Origin: Terriglobia bacterium
Lineage (GTDB): Bacteria > Acidobacteriota > Terriglobia > JAJPHL01 > JAPKYU01
Reading direction: 5' to 3'
Length of the DNA stretch: 64,000 nucleotides
Assembly (NCBI GenBank): GCA_965206645.1
Contig: CBDBKE010000004.1
Span: 1,568,001 to 1,632,000, forward strand
The translations under genes and the position numbers were made by a program. The notes beneath the pieces are model-generated. The model was not told the DNA's origin. It saw only the letters and a list, made by a program, of their open reading frames with translations, and made no database searches. Positions 21,431-31,307 of the stretch are shown here, piece after piece; positions within the stretch are counted from its first letter, which is position 1, and each line of letters begins with the position of its first letter.

Positions 21431-21987
21431 CAGAATGCCTCAAGAAGGGAAGACACCAGGCTGGCGGCGAAGGAGCGGCCGAGTCGTTCCACGGCCGGGC
21501 CGCTTTCTTCAAAGTAGGTGGCCGCGTCGCCGCTGACCTCGTGGGTTTCTGTGAAGCGGAAGTCGGGATCCTGGAATAGCAGTTTGCCGGTGTGCTGGTC
21601 GGTTAGCTTCACTCGCATGCGCACGGCCATGCTCACCGCGGTGGTGCGCCTTTCGGAGGAATCCACCAATATTGGCGTGGTCCAGAACTGGATCACGGTG
21701 CCCGTCAGGACCGCGTCGCTGCCGGCCGGTTCCGGCTGGATGCGAAATCGGGTACGGGCCAGTAATTCGCGCACCACCGCCTGGGTGAGCACTTGCTCGA
21801 CTTTGTAGCGCGAGGTCTCGTTGCGGAAGGCAGGGACGGCGATGGTTTTGACCTCAGCGGGGATTTGCGTCCCCTTGCCGGCCACGTGGTAGCCGCAACC
21901 GTTGCCCGCAAGACCCACCATCAGGACCACCGCGACCAGAGCTGCGCTGCTTGTCCTCAATTCCGCACCCGGCACTCCCTGCTTCAT
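21430..21987 (-). CDS. lptE: LptE family lipoprotein
   Basis: Lipobox-like GCGYHVAG and KTIAVPAFRNET; ATGA overlap with the upstream gene. Confidence 0.8.
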   Translation of the reverse strand: MKQGVPGAELRTSSAALVAVVLMVGLAGNGCGYHVAGKGTQIPAEVKTIAVPAFRNETSRYKVEQVLTQAVVRELLARTRFRIQPEPAGSDAVLTGTVIQFWTTPILVDSSERRTTAVSMAVRMRVKLTDQHTGKLLFQDPDFRFTETHEVSGDAATYFEESGPAVERLGRSFAASLVSSLLEAF

Positions 21988-23024
21988 TCGACTCGCAGCC
22001 TGGGGATTCGCACCCTGGCCAGCTCCTCGGCAATACAGACTGCGTTCAGCGCCGACAAGCGCAGATTGTCGGCGGCGGCCCACAGCCAGTAACCGCACGA
22101 GCCCGCGCGATCCCGGCGGATATCGCCGACCAGGATGTCGTCGGAGGCGGCAGCTCCCACCGCCGTCGGCGCCTCTTCGCTGCTCCGGCGCAGGTCGAAC
22201 CCGTCTCCCGACAGGGCCTCCTCAAGGTCAGCGGCATCGCGGGGCTGCTCCAGCTCCAGGTAGAAAGAAAACGTGTAGGCGTGGAAGGTAGGCGATTGCA
22301 CCACCCGCACCGCAGGCCGCAACGCGCGGCCGCCCAGCAAGCGCTCGACGTGGCATCCAACCCGCTGCTCCACCTCAGCCAGCGAAGCTTGACTGCCCTC
22401 CCCGCAGGCGGCCAGCAGGTTAAACGCCACCTGGCTGCCGAACACCTGCTGCGGCACCTTTTGGAAACGGAGCAGGCTCATGGTCTGCTGGTGGAGTTCC
22501 GCCACTCCGGCCGCGCCGCGCTCACTGGCCGGCTCAAAGACGTTCACAACAGCGCGAGTCAGCGAAAAGCTGGCGGCCAGCCGTCGCAGGATGGAACTGA
22601 TCGCCAGGGCTGCCGGGTGCGCCGCTGCGAATATCTTCCCTTCCCCCAGCGGAAGGTGCCCAGTAGCCAGCGGGCCGGCTACTGGCACCTCCGGCATCGC
22701 CTCCTCCAGTACCCCGCTCAGGTCAATCAACCGGCTACCTTTGCCCTCGGCCAATTTCCAGCAGTGCCGCATGAAGGGAGCCGAACCTGTGAAAAAGGCA
22801 AAATCCACCTGCTCAAAGCTCCCCTCATCCACGGAACGGATAAAGGTGGGCTCGCCTTGAAACTCGGCCAGTTGTCCTTGCCGTTCCTCATCATCCAGCA
22901 AGGTCAGGCGGCGAATAGGGAAAGAGCGTCTCTCCAGAACTTCTTTGACTTCCTTGCCCTTGAGCGAGGACGCTCCCACCAAGGCGATATGGAACCCGGC
23001 GTGAGGCATGTGGCCCTCAGGCAC
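21984..23024 (-). CDS. Asd/Usg-like semialdehyde dehydrogenase paralog
   Basis: ALVGASS Rossmann-like start, QVAFNLL and DNLR motifs; no NCST catalytic motif. Confidence 0.8.
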   Translation of the reverse strand: MPEGHMPHAGFHIALVGASSLKGKEVKEVLERRSFPIRRLTLLDDEERQGQLAEFQGEPTFIRSVDEGSFEQVDFAFFTGSAPFMRHCWKLAEGKGSRLIDLSGVLEEAMPEVPVAGPLATGHLPLGEGKIFAAAHPAALAISSILRRLAASFSLTRAVVNVFEPASERGAAGVAELHQQTMSLLRFQKVPQQVFGSQVAFNLLAACGEGSQASLAEVEQRVGCHVERLLGGRALRPAVRVVQSPTFHAYTFSFYLELEQPRDAADLEEALSGDGFDLRRSSEEAPTAVGAAASDDILVGDIRRDRAGSCGYWLWAAADNLRLSALNAVCIAEELARVRIPRLRVE

Positions 23025-23871
23025 CGGCGGGAAGATCCCCCGGAGGCGGCACGGGGCGAGGGAAGCGGCGGCGAAAGAGGCCGCCGACGCGGGCCACTAC
23101 GCCAGAGCCGGCATAGGTCAAGGCCATGGCCAGAAGGACCGGCTCGGAATAAAACCAGATAGCGGCCACCAGCGCGCCGATTGCAATCACGGGGACGAAG
23201 CGGCGGCGGCGACGCAGGTCCAGGTCCTTGAAGCTGTAATAGCGCCAGCGGCTCACCATTAGCAGTGCGATAGCCAGCAAAATCGTCAGCCACGCCAACG
23301 ACCAGCCCCACCAGACCAGCGGTCTGCCGTTTCCGACGTGCACGATCGCGGCCAGTAGTCCGGCCGCCGCTGGAATAGGCAGGCCCGAAAAATATTTGCG
23401 GCCTGGACGCCCCGGATTGGCCAGCACCGGATCGGACTGGATGTTGAATCGCGCCAGCCTCGACGCCCCACAGAGCACGAACAGAAAGCTCAAGAACCAG
23501 CCCGCGCGATGGACGTGCTCCATCAACGCGGCACTACTCGGATCAACCCAGCGGATACCCCAAGTGAACGCCAGCAACGCCGGGGCAACCCCAAAGCTGA
23601 TGACGTCAGCTAGCGAGTCAAATTCCCGACCGAACGCGCTGGCCGTGTTGGTCAGCCGGGCCAGGCGGCCATCCAGAAGGTCGAACAGCACGGCAAACCC
23701 GATGGCTTTCGCGGCGGCATCCAGATGCTGCGCGGCCACCTCCGGCGCGAGCACCGCCTCGAGGATCTGCGTTAGGGCAAAGTAGCCGCAAAACAGATTG
23801 GCCACGGTAAACAGGCTAGGCAGCAGGTAGGCGCCTCGGCGAACAGGCCGCAATCGGTTGGTCGTGGCCAT
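23017..23871 (-). CDS. pssA: CDP-diacylglycerol--serine O-phosphatidyltransferase
   Basis: DGRLAR...FGREFDSLADVISFG CDP-alcohol transferase motif. Confidence 0.92.
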   Translation of the reverse strand: MATTNRLRPVRRGAYLLPSLFTVANLFCGYFALTQILEAVLAPEVAAQHLDAAAKAIGFAVLFDLLDGRLARLTNTASAFGREFDSLADVISFGVAPALLAFTWGIRWVDPSSAALMEHVHRAGWFLSFLFVLCGASRLARFNIQSDPVLANPGRPGRKYFSGLPIPAAAGLLAAIVHVGNGRPLVWWGWSLAWLTILLAIALLMVSRWRYYSFKDLDLRRRRRFVPVIAIGALVAAIWFYSEPVLLAMALTYAGSGVVARVGGLFRRRFPRPVPPPGDLPAGA

Positions 23872-23872
23872 C

Positions 23873-24493
23873 TCAGTTTCTCCGCGCCAAGATAGTCGTG
23901 CCCGCGCGGACCCGCGTCCCCCACGGCACCAGAATTTCCCAGCTCGAGTCCAGAAAGACATCCACCCGGGACCCGAGTTTGATCATCCCGACTCGTTCCC
24001 CGCGAGCTACGCGATCCCCTTGCTTCTTCCAGAAGACGATGCGGCGGGCCACCAGGCCGGCAATCTGCTTGAACACGACCACCCCTTCCGGCCCTTCTAC
24101 AGTCACCGAGTTGCTCTCATTTTGAACCGAGGCCTCGGGCCGGTTAGCCATCCGGAAGCGCCCCGGGCTGTATTGGACATCGCGGATGAAGCCAGCGATC
24201 GGCGCGCGGTTCACGTGGACGTCAAAGGGCGAAAGAAAGATGCTGATGCGGCGAACGGGGCGCCCTTGGTGCTCGCCCGCGCAGATGTCCACCACCCGGC
24301 CATCGGCCGGGGAAACCACCACCGGGCCCGGGTCGTTGGACACCAGACGCTCAGGATCTCGGAAGAAATAAAGGAGAAAGAGCGCCGCGGCCAGCGGCGG
24401 CAGGGCAAACCACACCCCAGCCAGCCAGGCCAGGAGCACCGCAGCCAGGCTTAGTGTTACGCCATAGCGGATTCCGTCGGAGACCACAGCCAC
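23873..24493 (-). CDS. psd: Phosphatidylserine decarboxylase (Psd-A)
   Basis: FFRDPER, SPADG, DVHVNRAP and LGSRVD autocleavage motif. Confidence 0.92.
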   Translation of the reverse strand: MAVVSDGIRYGVTLSLAAVLLAWLAGVWFALPPLAAALFLLYFFRDPERLVSNDPGPVVVSPADGRVVDICAGEHQGRPVRRISIFLSPFDVHVNRAPIAGFIRDVQYSPGRFRMANRPEASVQNESNSVTVEGPEGVVVFKQIAGLVARRIVFWKKQGDRVARGERVGMIKLGSRVDVFLDSSWEILVPWGTRVRAGTTILARRN

Positions 24494-24524
24494 TCCCGTA
24501 TTTTACCAGAGCCCCAAAGCCTAA

Positions 24525-24558
24525 AGGGGGCGATGAGCCTTTGCGGCGCATCGCCCCT
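24525..24558 (-). terminator. Hairpin, possible terminator after the DUF465 gene
   Basis: GGGGCGATG...CATCGCCCC stem with short T run. Confidence 0.4.
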
Positions 24559-24596
24559 CTGTGTTTCCCGTCTGCCAGTCAATCGGCCAAAGACCG

Positions 24597-24836
24597 TCAG
24601 GCCACCGAAGGGTGTTCCTTCTTATGCTGCTGAATGATCCGCTGCATTTCGTCTTTCAGGCGGAGTTTCAGCTTCTTTAGCTTCGCCTCCTCCAGCTGCT
24701 CCTCGTCATTGAGGTAGCTCTTGCTGGAGAGCTCTTGCAGTTGTTCGTCGTAGATATGGTGTTGATCCGCCAGCCTTCGAAATTCCTCATTGGTTGCCAC
24801 CAGGTACCCTTTGAGATCCTGAGGGCGATCCATCAT
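24597..24836 (-). CDS. DUF465/YdcH family small protein
   Basis: EFRRLADQH...LKKLKLRLKDEM. Confidence 0.8.
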   Translation of the reverse strand: MMDRPQDLKGYLVATNEEFRRLADQHHIYDEQLQELSSKSYLNDEEQLEEAKLKKLKLRLKDEMQRIIQQHKKEHPSVA

Positions 24837-24912
24837 AAGGTATGCCTCCGGGGAAGAAGTCTGGGGTCAGACTAGCACAGCGCGCGAGCCGGTTCAAGGA
24901 ACAAAGCGGCGG

Positions 24913-25362
24913 TCAGCTCCCGGCAGCCTTCTTGGCCGCCACCTTGGCCGCGAACCTGGCCCGGTCCACGATGGCGCGCCCGACCGTGCCCCGGCCGATC
25001 TGTTCGCGCTCGTCGCGCGCTTCCACGCGGAATTCTAGAAAGCGACCGTCCACCCGGATCAGTTCTGCGCGCACCGTCACCTGCATCCCCTCCGGGGTAG
25101 CCGCCAGGTGCTCGACGTGGATCGCCGTGCCCAGGGTAAGGGTCCCCGGCGGCAGCGCCGGCGCCACCGCCTGGCCTGCGGCCCGTTCCATCGCCAGCAC
25201 CATCGCCGGGGTGGCATAGACCGCCGGCATCGCCGGGTCGTGCGACTGCACGGTGAGCGAGTGTTCCACTCGCTCGCTGAATTCGTAAGAGAGGCCCGGT
25301 TGCAGCTCTAGGGGCTCCGAAGATCCACCCGCCGTGCCGCCTGGTATCCCTGGGGTGTTCAT
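24913..25362 (-). CDS. Hotdog-fold thioesterase (FlK-like)
   Basis: [12 protein letters not shown] and HLAATP motifs. Confidence 0.85.
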   Translation of the reverse strand: MNTPGIPGGTAGGSSEPLELQPGLSYEFSERVEHSLTVQSHDPAMPAVYATPAMVLAMERAAGQAVAPALPPGTLTLGTAIHVEHLAATPEGMQVTVRAELIRVDGRFLEFRVEARDEREQIGRGTVGRAIVDRARFAAKVAAKKAAGS

Positions 25363-26675
25363 TGTGCTTTGACCTTGCGCTGCGCAGCCACAGCCTCAAA
25401 AGCGGTGGCCGCGGCGCGGACAGTGATTTCGATATCCGCTTCGCTGTGGGCGGCGGAGAGAAACGCCGCCTCAAACTGCGAGGGCGGCAGGTATATGCCT
25501 TCTTCCAGCATGGCACGGAAGAAGGCGGCGAAGGCTTCGGTATCACTGGTCTTGGCCGTCGCATAGTCTTTCACCGGACGGTCGGTGAAGAAAAAAGTAA
25601 ACATGGACCCGCGGCGGTTGATGGTGAGAGAAACCTCGGCGGTCGCCGCGGCTGAAGCGACGCCGCTGGTCAGCCCTTCTGCCCGCTGGTCGAGTCCGGC
25701 ATAGAGATCGGGGTCGCGGCGCAGCACCCGCAATGTCGCGATGCCTGCAGCTACCGCTAGTGGGTTGCCCGAAAGCGTACCCGCCTGATAGACGGGACCT
25801 TCCGGGGCTATCTGCGCCATGATCTCGGCCCGCCCGCCATAGGCACCCACCGGCAGGCCGCCGCCGATGATCTTGCCCAGGATGGTCAGGTCCGGAACGA
25901 TTCCGGCCAGCCGTTGCACCCCGCCAAACGTCAGCCGGAAGCCGGTCATCACCTCGTCGAAGATCAACAGCGCTCCGGCCTGCTCACTCCGTCGGCGCAG
26001 CAATTCCAGGTAGCCAGGCTCGGGGGGTACGCAGCCCATGTTGCCCACGATCGGCTCGACGATGACGCAGGCGATTTGGCTGCCAAAGCGGTCAAAGGCT
26101 GCCTCCAGCGCCGCGAAGTCGTTAAAGGGCAAAGCGAGGGTCTGACGCGTCACTTCCGGTGGCACGCCGGCGGTGTCGGGCAAGCCGAAGGTGGCCACGC
26201 CCGAGCCCGCCTTCACCAGCAGGGAATCCACGTGCCCGTGGTAGCAGCCTTCGAACTTCACCACCAGCGTCCGGCCCGTAAAGGCTCGCGCCACGCGGAT
26301 GGCGCTCATGGCGGCCTCGGTGCCCGAGTTCACCAACCGCACTTTCTCCATCGAAGGGAAAGCTTCGCAGATGAGCGAGGCCAGTTCCAACTCGCCCTCC
26401 GTGGCAGCGCCGAAACTGGTGCCCCGCCCCACCGCCTCTCGCAGCGCGTCGACCACCTCCGGATAGCAGTGACCCAAGATGAGCGGTCCCCAGGAGTTGA
26501 CATAATCCAGGTACTCATTGCCGTCCACGTCCCAGACCCGGGCGCCTGCGCCGTACCCCACCACGACCGGCTCCGCACCCACGGCGCGGAACGCGCGCAC
26601 CGGCGAATTCACCCCGCCGGGAATCAATTGCCGGGCACGGCGGAAAATTTCTTCCGATTGTTTATGCGGCTTCAG
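25359..26675 (-). CDS. hemL: Glutamate-1-semialdehyde 2,1-aminomutase; probable CTG start
   Basis: [27 protein letters not shown] and [10 protein letters not shown] motifs; AGGAGG RBS 5 nt before CTG. Confidence 0.93.
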   Translation of the reverse strand: MKPHKQSEEIFRRARQLIPGGVNSPVRAFRAVGAEPVVVGYGAGARVWDVDGNEYLDYVNSWGPLILGHCYPEVVDALREAVGRGTSFGAATEGELELASLICEAFPSMEKVRLVNSGTEAAMSAIRVARAFTGRTLVVKFEGCYHGHVDSLLVKAGSGVATFGLPDTAGVPPEVTRQTLALPFNDFAALEAAFDRFGSQIACVIVEPIVGNMGCVPPEPGYLELLRRRSEQAGALLIFDEVMTGFRLTFGGVQRLAGIVPDLTILGKIIGGGLPVGAYGGRAEIMAQIAPEGPVYQAGTLSGNPLAVAAGIATLRVLRRDPDLYAGLDQRAEGLTSGVASAAATAEVSLTINRRGSMFTFFFTDRPVKDYATAKTSDTEAFAAFFRAMLEEGIYLPPSQFEAAFLSAAHSEADIEITVRAAATAFEAVAAQRKVKAQ

Positions 26676-26838
26676 GTCGGCCTCCTTGCTGCTCTCGGCC
26701 CAGCAGGCTCCGGACCGGTAACGCGACGCCCGATCGCGGCCATCTGGGCTGCGGCAAAGGCGCCGGCAGGCCCGCCCTCAACCACTGCGATGCAGCTCGG
26801 TTGGCGCGATGCCGTTTCGGCTTTCCCCGCATCGGCTA

Positions 26839-27231
26839 TCAATACCGCCCACCACCTCCAGCTTCCTGCGGCGCGGAGGTGACTCCCTTGGTCTTGTCGC
26901 GCTCCACCAGCCAGGTGCGGCTTCCCGCGCGCTTCAGCACGTAGCGCAGCGAAACGCTCGATTGCGGGTCTTCCCTGCCGTGAAACAGCACCGTAGCCTC
27001 CGCTTGGTCATCTCGGAAGGTGACCTGTTGGATTTCCATGGACATGGCCGTGGGCGACAAAATCGGGCGCGAGTTCACGTAGTCCTGGATGGCCTTCTCG
27101 ACATCGGCTCGATCGTTGACCGGCGCCTGCTGGGAGCAGCCCGTGACGACGGTCAGCAGCAAGCAAAGCGCCACTAGCGCAGGCATCCGCCCTGAGGCTA
27201 GCGCAGAAGCTCGCACGCATACAAGGAGCAT
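26839..27231 (-). CDS. Hypothetical lipoprotein
   Basis: Hydrophobic leader with VTGC lipobox. Confidence 0.6.
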   Translation of the reverse strand: MLLVCVRASALASGRMPALVALCLLLTVVTGCSQQAPVNDRADVEKAIQDYVNSRPILSPTAMSMEIQQVTFRDDQAEATVLFHGREDPQSSVSLRYVLKRAGSRTWLVERDKTKGVTSAPQEAGGGGRY

Positions 27232-27302
27232 TCCGATGACGCCAGCTTAGGTCTCGATCCTGCCGACAAACCGCCCGCCCCGGTCGTGCTACAGTGGTGG
27301 CA

Positions 27303-28640
27303 ATGCTGGACTTGAATTTTGTACGAAAGAACCTGGACCTAGTAACCCAGAAACTGAGCGCGCGTGGTTTGACCAGCACTGGCCTGGAACGATTTCAGGA
27401 AATAGACACCAAACGCCGGCGGGCACTGACGGAAGTCGAAAAGCTGAAGAACAGACGGAACGAAGCCAGCAAGAAAATTGCACATTTGAAACAGGGCGAG
27501 ACGTTCACCCCATACGGTCCCCAGCCACCGGAGGGACTGAAAGAGCGATTCCGCGAGATGCGAGCGCTCTCCGACCAGATCAAGGAGATGGACGAGCGAG
27601 CGGGAAAGCTGGACGCCGAACTGCAAGAGCTACTGGCGGGCTTGCCGAATGTGCCGCACGAGACCGTGCCCGCCGGCCGCACCCCCGAGGACAACGTGGA
27701 AGTGCGTCGCTGGGGCACGCCGCCGCAGTTTTCCTTCACCCCGCGACCACACTGGGAACTGGGAGAAGCGCTGGGCGTGCTGGACCTGGAGCGCGCGGCT
27801 AAGATCACCGGAGCGCGCTTCGCGGTCTACTGGGATCTGGGCGCGAAGCTGGAACGCGCCCTGCAGAACTTCATGCTCGACCTGCATACGCGCGAGCACG
27901 GCTACCTCGAAGTGCTGCCGCCTGCGATGGTAAATTCCGCCAGCCTGTTCGGAACCGGGCAGTTGCCCAAGTTCGCCGACGACCTGTTTAAGCTCGAAGG
28001 GCACGATCTCTGGCTGACCCCCACGGCCGAGGTGCAGTTGACGAACTTGTTCCGCGACGAAGTGCTGGAGACCGAGCAGCTCCCGATCAAGCTCTGCGCG
28101 TTTACCCCATGCTTCCGCAGCGAGGCGGGAAGCTACGGGAAAGACGTCCGCGGCATTATCCGCCAGCACCAGTTCCAGAAGGTGGAGCTGGTGAAGTTCA
28201 CGCATCCGGAGCGCTCCTACGAGGAGCTGGAAGAGCTGACCCGCAACGCCGAAACCATTCTGCAAGAACTGGGGTTGCACTACCGTGTGGTGGCGCTATG
28301 CACTGGTGACCTGGGCTTCGCCTCCTCCAAGACCTACGACATCGAAGTCTGGACACCGGCTCAGGGCGTCTACCGGGAAATTTCTTCCTGTAGCAATTTT
28401 GAGTCCTACCAGGCGCGGCGCGCCAATTTGCGCTTCCGCCCACGGGCGCGGGGCAAGACCGAATTCGTGCACACCCTGAACGGCAGCGGCCTAGCGATCG
28501 GGCGCACTTGGCTGGCGATCGCGGAAAATTACCAACAGGAAGATGGCTCGGTTCTGCTTCCCGAGGTACTGCGCGGCTACCTGCACGGCGCCGAGCGCAT
28601 TGCCGCCACGGGCAAACTGGTGGGCGCGCGATCCTCCTGA
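27303..28640 (+). CDS. serS: Serine--tRNA ligase
   Basis: [30 protein letters not shown] and TLNGSGLA motifs. Confidence 0.97.
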   Translation: MLDLNFVRKNLDLVTQKLSARGLTSTGLERFQEIDTKRRRALTEVEKLKNRRNEASKKIAHLKQGETFTPYGPQPPEGLKERFREMRALSDQIKEMDERAGKLDAELQELLAGLPNVPHETVPAGRTPEDNVEVRRWGTPPQFSFTPRPHWELGEALGVLDLERAAKITGARFAVYWDLGAKLERALQNFMLDLHTREHGYLEVLPPAMVNSASLFGTGQLPKFADDLFKLEGHDLWLTPTAEVQLTNLFRDEVLETEQLPIKLCAFTPCFRSEAGSYGKDVRGIIRQHQFQKVELVKFTHPERSYEELEELTRNAETILQELGLHYRVVALCTGDLGFASSKTYDIEVWTPAQGVYREISSCSNFESYQARRANLRFRPRARGKTEFVHTLNGSGLAIGRTWLAIAENYQQEDGSVLLPEVLRGYLHGAERIAATGKLVGARSS

Positions 28641-28664
28641 GCCGGTAGTGTCTCAGTTTGAATG

Positions 28665-29708
28665 TTAGCGGCTGCCTGTAAGTTCGTAGTGATCCCGCTC
28701 TTTGTCACACATCCAGGGCGGTTGCCTATTACCCCGGAAACCCGTTCCCGTTTCGGTACTAGCGGGTCCACCAACGGAGCCAGGAATGGGTGCATTGAGT
28801 CTGAACATCTGTGTTCCATTACATCCCGGATGCGTACAAGGTCTTGTTTCATTCTCTGTCGGCATGATCTGTACCTCAACATTCAGTTTACCCAGAAGCG
28901 CGATTTCCTCTAAGTCCCAAACGTGATCGGCAACCCCAGCCTCCATTGCCGGTGTGACCCTGAGCGTCTTGTGGATACGGGCGAAGTTGTAGTACATGAA
29001 GTATAGGGCTAGCGCCGCCGCGTGGTTCTCTAGCTTCTTTGAAAACCCATTGGTCAATCGGGTGAACCTCCTCATGTACATGCGCATCGTGAGGTTCTGC
29101 CGCTCTATGTAGCTCGTGCTTATATGCTTTGGGTGAGGGTTCCCCATGACAACGGTAGGAACCGCACCGATGCACTGTGCGGGACTGTGCCGCTTCTCCT
29201 GCTCGGAATCGGCCCCATACAGTTTGACCAGCATTGCGTAGTCAACGCCCGAACCAAAGGCACCTTCGACAGCGGTTAAATACGCCTTGTGACCGTCCGT
29301 TGTGAGTTGCACGCGATTCGCCAGCCGTCCAGCAAGATCGTCAATGAATTCCTTCGCCGTATGTGCATCGCGTGAACCGAGCCGCCAAGATAGAACTAAC
29401 TTCGTATCCGCATCCATGGCCGTCCAGGTCCACACGTCGCCAGCGTGCCCGCGCTCCAGCATCTTCGGCGTGACGTTCTTTTCCTTCGCATAGACAAAAC
29501 TCCAAATCTCATCGCACTGAATTCGGTTTAGCTTGAGATTACGGAACATGCGGTCCTGAAAGTCGGAGCACGCCGCGCCCACCTCGACCAGCAGCTTCGT
29601 GACGGTGTTGATAGAAACATCGGCCATGCGGCTAGTGGAGCGCAGGCTGCTACCCTCAGCCAACATTCCAAGGATCGCGGTGCGTTTCTGAATTGGTAAG
29701 CGATTCAC
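28665..29708 (-). CDS. IS1-family single-ORF DDE transposase with a Cys/His-containing C-terminal extension
   Basis: N-terminal HTH, QCDEIWSFV, LTTDG and STSYIERQNLTMR motifs. Confidence 0.85.
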   Translation of the reverse strand: MNRLPIQKRTAILGMLAEGSSLRSTSRMADVSINTVTKLLVEVGAACSDFQDRMFRNLKLNRIQCDEIWSFVYAKEKNVTPKMLERGHAGDVWTWTAMDADTKLVLSWRLGSRDAHTAKEFIDDLAGRLANRVQLTTDGHKAYLTAVEGAFGSGVDYAMLVKLYGADSEQEKRHSPAQCIGAVPTVVMGNPHPKHISTSYIERQNLTMRMYMRRFTRLTNGFSKKLENHAAALALYFMYYNFARIHKTLRVTPAMEAGVADHVWDLEEIALLGKLNVEVQIMPTENETRPCTHPGCNGTQMFRLNAPIPGSVGGPASTETGTGFRGNRQPPWMCDKERDHYELTGSR

Positions 29709-29714
29709 GGTCCA

Positions 29715-29743
29715 AGCATAATGAACTCTCCATATTGCGTCAA
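29715..29743 (-). promoter_or_regulatory. Leaderless sigma70 promoter of the transposase
   Basis: TTGACG-N17-TATGCT ending 6 nt before the GTG start. Confidence 0.6.
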
Positions 29744-29782
29744 GCAGTAAGTTCAGTTTAACGCCATCGGTTCAGTAGTGTA

Positions 29783-29811
29783 TTGACATCATTCCCAGGG
29801 CTTGCTATGCT
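29783..29811 (+). promoter_or_regulatory. Sigma70 promoter of the cargo operon
   Basis: TTGACA-N17-TATGCT with extended TG. Confidence 0.7.
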
Positions 29812-29843
29812 CATGCCCGGCGATTTCCCAAGGGCCATGATGA

Positions 29844-30140
29844 ATGGAAGTCAAGTTCAACGACAAAGACTTGGCGCTCATAGAGACAGACCGAGCGGCG
29901 GAGACGCGTCTGCCCGTATCCGTCATCAACTCTTCCAGACGGAAGTTAGTGGTGATTCGGGCGGCACCCGACGAGAGGACGTTAAGAAACTGGAAGAGTC
30001 TTCACTACGAGAAACTGGAGGGCAAGAAGAGCGGACGACGGTCGATCAGGCTGAACGACCAGTGGCGGGTAGTCTTTACTCTCAACACGGACTCCAAGCC
30101 AAACAAGATCACAGTCTTGGCAGTCGAGGACTATCACTGA
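29844..30140 (+). CDS. higB: HigB/RelE-like toxin
   Basis: LHYEKLEG...SIRLNDQWRVVF...VEDYH. Confidence 0.85.
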   Translation: MEVKFNDKDLALIETDRAAETRLPVSVINSSRRKLVVIRAAPDERTLRNWKSLHYEKLEGKKSGRRSIRLNDQWRVVFTLNTDSKPNKITVLAVEDYH

Positions 30141-30151
30141 AGGGGGCAACT

Positions 30152-31285
30152 ATGTCAGCCACGAACGCGAACTGGATTATGCACCCTGGGTTTTACATCA
30201 AGGAGGAGATGGAGGAGCGCGGCTGGCTCCAGCGCGACCTTGCTTTCATACTCGGTTGCCCGGAGCAGGCGGTGAATATGATTCTGTCCGGTAAGCGCGG
30301 AATCAGCCCTGAGATGGCAAAGGCACTCGGCGAGGCATTCGATGTTCCGGCAGAGTTCTTTGCAAATCTCCAGCAGGCCTACGATATGGCGCAGGCACGC
30401 AACCCCGATCCGGGTGTCGCCGTGCGCCGGAACATGCAAAGCACCTACCCCGTGCGGGAAATGATAAAGCGGGGCTGGATCGAGTTGTCCGATCCGGCAC
30501 TTCTTGAGTCTCAGCTTGCGAGGCTCTTTCAAGTTGGGGGCGCAGACAAAATCCCGTATATGGCGCACCCCGCAAAGAAAAGTAGTTATGAAGAGCGAGA
30601 TGTCCCGCCCGCTCAGTTGGCTTGGCTGTTCAGGGTTCGTCAGATAGCCAAGTCAATAAGCGTTCCTCGGTATTCCGAAAGGATGCTACGGCAGGCCCTA
30701 GCCGAAATGGAAACGCTGTTGATCGCCCCGGAGGAGGCTCGGTGTGTACCGCGTATTCTCACGGAGGTTGGAGTCCGTTATGTTCTGGTGGAGAAGCTAC
30801 CGACCGCGAAAATTGACGGCGTGTGCTTCTGGTTGGATGGGCGCTCTCCGGTCATAGGCATGTCCCTACAGCACGACCGAATCGACAATTTTTGGTTTGT
30901 ATTGAGGCACGAGATTGAACATGTCCTCCAGCGGCACGGGCAACAGCAGGAAATAATCGACGCCGACCTTGAAGGGGCAGGCGGCTCTGCGTGGGGTTCT
31001 GTTCCGCGAGAGGAGCAGATCGCAAATGGGGCGGCTGCTAACTTCTGCACCCCCACGGAAAGGCTGGAATCTTTCATCCGGCGCAAGCACCCCTTCTATT
31101 ACGAAAAGGATGTCGTGGCGTTTTCTCGCACTCTAAACCGACATCCTGGCGTTGTGATTGGGCAGCTTCGTCGAAAGCTGGAACGGTACGACTACCTGAC
31201 TCGCTACTTGGTCAAGATTCGACCGTTCGTGGTCTCCGGATCGATTGCAGACGGCTGGGGACAGTTAGCACCAGTTTCTTTGTGA
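30152..31285 (+). CDS. HigA-type HTH antitoxin fused to an ImmA/IrrE (M78) Zn-peptidase domain
   Basis: HPGFYIKEEMEERGW Xre HTH; RIDNFWFVLRHEIEH (HExxH). Confidence 0.85.
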   Translation: MSATNANWIMHPGFYIKEEMEERGWLQRDLAFILGCPEQAVNMILSGKRGISPEMAKALGEAFDVPAEFFANLQQAYDMAQARNPDPGVAVRRNMQSTYPVREMIKRGWIELSDPALLESQLARLFQVGGADKIPYMAHPAKKSSYEERDVPPAQLAWLFRVRQIAKSISVPRYSERMLRQALAEMETLLIAPEEARCVPRILTEVGVRYVLVEKLPTAKIDGVCFWLDGRSPVIGMSLQHDRIDNFWFVLRHEIEHVLQRHGQQQEIIDADLEGAGGSAWGSVPREEQIANGAAANFCTPTERLESFIRRKHPFYYEKDVVAFSRTLNRHPGVVIGQLRRKLERYDYLTRYLVKIRPFVVSGSIADGWGQLAPVSL

Positions 31286-31307
31286 AAGAAAGAATAGAGG
31301 TAGACCG

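Noticed and set aside
28636-28643. Transposon insertion altered the serS C-terminus (TSD copies read TGA vs CGA)
   Set aside because: An ancestral CGA would extend serS into the tRNA gene; mutation of the right TSD copy is simpler
29783-30151. 500-aa version of the HigA-peptidase ORF starting at 29783
   Set aside because: The extension overlaps higB in another frame, and its TTG is the -35 box; the real start is ATG 30152
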